56,906 nucleotides of DNA from Octopus bimaculoides (taxonomy: Eukaryota): contig NC_068987.1 in NCBI RefSeq assembly GCF_001194135.2, positions 94,560,212-94,617,117 of the forward strand. The letters run 5' to 3'. A program made the translations under genes and the position numbers. Every line of letters begins with the position of its first letter. The first letter of the stretch is position 1. Positions 53,001 to 56,906 of the stretch are shown one piece after another. Below the pieces are notes generated by a model, which was not told the origin of the DNA, made no database searches, and saw only the letters and a program-made list of their open reading frames with translations.

Positions 53001-55129
53001 GGTCAATTATGAGTTACAAATGTTTCTGTTCCATCTCCATTTGCAATGCCAGTTTGCATAAAAATTCTAAATAAAATTTCATGTAATACTCGTGGTTTTA
53101 GACATTGGAGAGGCACTTCATAAGACTTGCATCAAAGATGTGCTATTAGCACACCTTTGTTGCAAACAAACTGACTTAGATCTTTATTATTTTCACTGTT
53201 AAACGTGTTCATTCATTTCCTTTCAAAGTGATGTGACTTGGTGATGAGTTTTGGAAAATTTCCTGCCCAGGCTAACTAATTGCATAAGTAAAACAGAAAT
53301 TAAATATTAATATGAAAGTAGATATTACATTATTTGTGGTAGACCAATATATGCCAAATAGCATCATCTGTTATTTCAGTGTGGTTTTTGTGTCTTTTCT
53401 TTCAAGTTTTTTTTAGTGTGACAATAGTCTTTTTGTTAGCATCAACTACCAATACATTTATTTATTGTTATTGAATATGATAGAGGCAATGCTTTTTGCT
53501 GTAGTATTTATAGTAACAAACAACTATTAGTTACTTGTTAATTTGCAACAGTGTAATTGGGAATCTATCAACAGGTAATTATGTAATGTATGCAATTTCC
53601 AGAATTAGCAAAACAGGTCTTGGTGGCTGCTTATATTTGGCTGTGTGCCCTTAGTGAGTCATACTTTAAGCTCATCATGTAGTATTATATATGCACACTC
53701 TTATGTACGTGAGTCAGTGTATGTGTGTGTGTATGTTTAATGTTACATAGATTTCAGAAAGGCCATTATGCTTGCTGGTCAAATATCCAATTTAGAAGTG
53801 TAATTTCATTGTCATTAAGCCAACTACGAACCATTTTTACCACTCTTGTTTCAAAGGCATTTACTTGTCTTATGTTGTTGATGCTTTAAAAGTTTCACAA
53901 GTCACATTTCCCTTTCTACTAAAATATTAAATACAAATTATTTAGATCAAGATTTATTGGGAAATATTTTTAACTCCCCATATTGTACATCATTTAGGGA
54001 TTTTATTGTCTATTAAAGTAGTTCATTTAATTCTATGCATTGAATTCAACTATTTATTAGGCATAGGTGCTACATTATATAGTGATGCTTCCTGAGATGC
54101 AGTAGTATGCTAAGATTAGTTTGTTCTTTGTTTAATAATGCTTTCACACCAGCCCTGAATATTGTAGGTTTTTGAGGGGAAAGAGGCAATTACATGGAGA
54201 TATCAGAATATTTTTGACTAAAATAATTTTGGAGTTATAACTGCTTGAGACGTCTTGTAGTATCACAGAAACAACAAAGTTTGGTAGGGATTTTGTAATT
54301 AGTGAATAAGGAAATTATATTAATAACATGAGTTGCTTTTTTCCTTCCCTGTTTCTCATATTTGCAAGGCTGGGAATAGTTTATTTGATGAAACAGTTCT
54401 TCTCACAGATGATTAAACATCATGATTCATCACCAGAAACCTTATTCCTACCTACCATGAACAAGGCACGTAACTCTGTTGGCTTCCATTTACCCAATAA
54501 AAATTACCTTCATTCCTATTTTATGTTCATTGGTTGGTAGTAGACACATCAACTGGTCTAATAGGCAGTTGCAGCATTAAAGCACCACCCTATGTAAACA
54601 GTCATAGAAACACACACACTCATGCATACACATATACACATACATACACACACACACACATGCATCCACAAACATCTACACAAACACATATATGTACTTA
54701 TTTACTTTTTTATCATCAATATAACTGAAGGGTTTTGGTTATTTTTCATCTTGGAATCACAGTCTGATATTGGTGGTGTTGGTAATAATGATGATAATGA
54801 TGTTGCTAGTCATTATATAGGCCAGTAATGAGGGTAGACTCTAGTAACAACAATGATACTGAGGATGATGATGCTGATGATGACTATAGTGAGAATGATA
54901 TTGATGAAATTAATTTTTTTAAAGTATCTGTTGATAAACTGAAATGCTTCCCCAGACACTAAAGTCCAATATTAAAAACCACAACAAACTGGAACAACAG
55001 TCAGCATTCTGCCACTCTTGCCATCCTCTTCAATACTGACAGCAACTCACAAGACAATTTAACCATCAACAAAAAAACAAAAAAAACAAAAAAAAAACAC
55101 AAAATGATCATTGTCGTTTTTGTAAGGAA

Positions 55130-55595
55130 AGAGCCTCTACTTAGTCGTTTCATCTCCTAAAAATAGCAGTCAAAATCTCCCGCAAACCACAATTTAACAT
55201 GTTATATAGGAAAGGGTAAATGAGATAATGTAAACCTACTTTCTCTCGAAAGAGGTTGGCCATTGTTGGATCAGAGGTCAGCTCAACCAAATTCACCTGT
55301 TGCAAAACAACAGCATCCACATCACAATTGTTTCCATAAACCCTAACCAGCAGTCAAAATAGATGGTAACTCAAAAGCCTTCCTCTTCTCTCTAACAATC
55401 TACAATCACATTTAAGACCATCCTCAACCACAAAAGAGTTTCTGTGTGACCAGGCAACTTGCAAGAAATAGCAGCTAGGGCTTCCATATCCTGCACCTTA
55501 CGAATTAAAAAAGAGGAAGGAAAGTTGAAAAATGTAGTCTAAGATACACAAAAAGACATGATGGTCATGTTTGGAATGGTTTTGTTGTTTCTGGG
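55130..55595 (+). repeat. Interspersed repeat family F, two partial copies (other remnants near 3860-3935, 7255-7330, 8370-8430 and 50570-50670)
   Basis: Shared AAATAGCAGYCAAATCTCCC..(AAAA)..GATAATGTA motif; it reads GGGAGATTTGGC..TATTTT.AGCAGG on the opposite strand. Confidence 0.55.
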
Positions 55596-56188
55596 TCGTC
55601 TTGGGGTATGAACACCTCAATTTCTACCACCATTTCAATCATTATTTCTAATATCATAACAACTATCAATAACTGCTCTTTGAAATTACCATGACGACTA
55701 CCACCACTACCACTATGAATACTATGACAACCATTGCCACCACCACCACCATCGTCATAAACACCACCACTACCACAAGTAACAACAGCAACAATACATC
55801 CACAATTGCACCTCAATTACCAAACAATAAAGCAATGATACCACCAGCAACAACCGCATCGCAAACCACCACCAGCACCACCACCACCACCAGATTCTAA
55901 CAATACCCATTATCAGCATCGCTACCATTATCAGCAATCAATTCCAAACAACAACAACAGCATCATCACTACTACACTGAAACTATTGCAAACAGTAACT
56001 CCACAACCCTAACCCTGTTACTATGTATCCCATCTGACAAGATGGAGAGATAAACAGTCTTTCTCACTCCATTTATTTCTATTACCAGCTGTCAAACATG
56101 ATTAAATGTGACTTTTCGCTTATCCTACAGAAAAATTCTAAAGCTGTACATAATGTGTGTATACCCATGTACAAACATACACACACTT

Positions 56189-56225
<37 letters not shown>

Positions 56226-56324
56226 TTCATTATTCAGTTTATATTCATGTGCAATTATATATTCTGCACTTAACTGCAAATTGTGCTACAGACAGTGAGC
56301 TTTGTCAAAAATTTTGTGTCAACA

Positions 56325-56470
56325 AATTGTTTACTAACTTTGCTATCTCAAAGAAGCTTCGTATCCAAAAAAGTCCTGTACTTGATAAAAAGGTAAGGGT
56401 TTGCAACAAGAAGGGCATCCAGCTGCAAAACAATGCATACTTGTTTAACCCATACTAGCATGGAAAAACT
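56325..56470 (+). mobile_element. Family C 3' fragment
   Basis: GCAACAAGAAGGGCATCCAGCTGCAAAAC..AACCCATACTAGCATGGAAAA. Confidence 0.65.
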
Positions 56471-56861
56471 TATATAGAGCAGTTGCCATTCTTTCCATAC
56501 CTGCCATCGCTGATAAGCACAGTTAGATAAATGTCCAGTTGTCTAATATCTGGTGCAAAACTGATTGGTAAACCTGGCTATAATGGATCTATCATACTTG
56601 ATTTATATCCATCCATCCAGTTTGGCAGAAAACTGATAAGACAATACAGGTAGTCATGCATGATTTTAATCCTTTCATCAGTTGGAAATCATAACGATTT
56701 CAGTACTTGAAGCAATGGCTGTGAAGTTGGAGACCAGTTTGCATCAGCAAATAAAATGAAGAGAGCATATTCAAGGTTTAATGACTATAACCATAACAGT
56801 AATACCAGTAAGACAAGGAGTGAAAACTGGGAAGGTACAAGATAGAAAGAGTAGGGAAGAT

Positions 56862-56906
<45 letters not shown>

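Noticed and set aside
56004-56016. CCCTAACCCT telomere-like motif
   Set aside because: Fewer than two full units; expected by chance.
56497-56570. Minus-strand mini-exon DIRQLDIYLTVLISDG|GTATGG with a cadherin-like flavour
   Set aside because: Only 16 residues, a weak acceptor and no other cadherin motifs.

Overview
This is AT-rich, microsatellite-dense eukaryotic DNA with N-gaps flanked by (TA)n/(CA)n. The SINE and LINE families match what I know of octopod cephalopods, so it is probably Octopus (inference). I find no intact protein-coding gene: nearly all ORF-track entries come from microsatellites, SINEs or decayed transposons. The window holds at least five SINE-like families (labelled A-F here), fossil RTE, CR1 and Tx1/L1 LINE pieces, and a decayed mariner/maT-type transposase. 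The most notable structure is a three-level nest at 15.5-17.0 kb. A SINE is split by a 1.29-kb TIR element with a 9-bp target duplication. Inside that element sits a Penelope-like 136-bp inverted repeat whose two arms each carry a minimal type-I hammerhead ribozyme; one has an intact core and the other has a G12A change. A sharp shift from CpG-retaining to CpG-decayed sequence near 18.5-19 kb suggests a methylated gene body on the right, which contains a well-spliced but non-coding exon candidate at 48219-48315.
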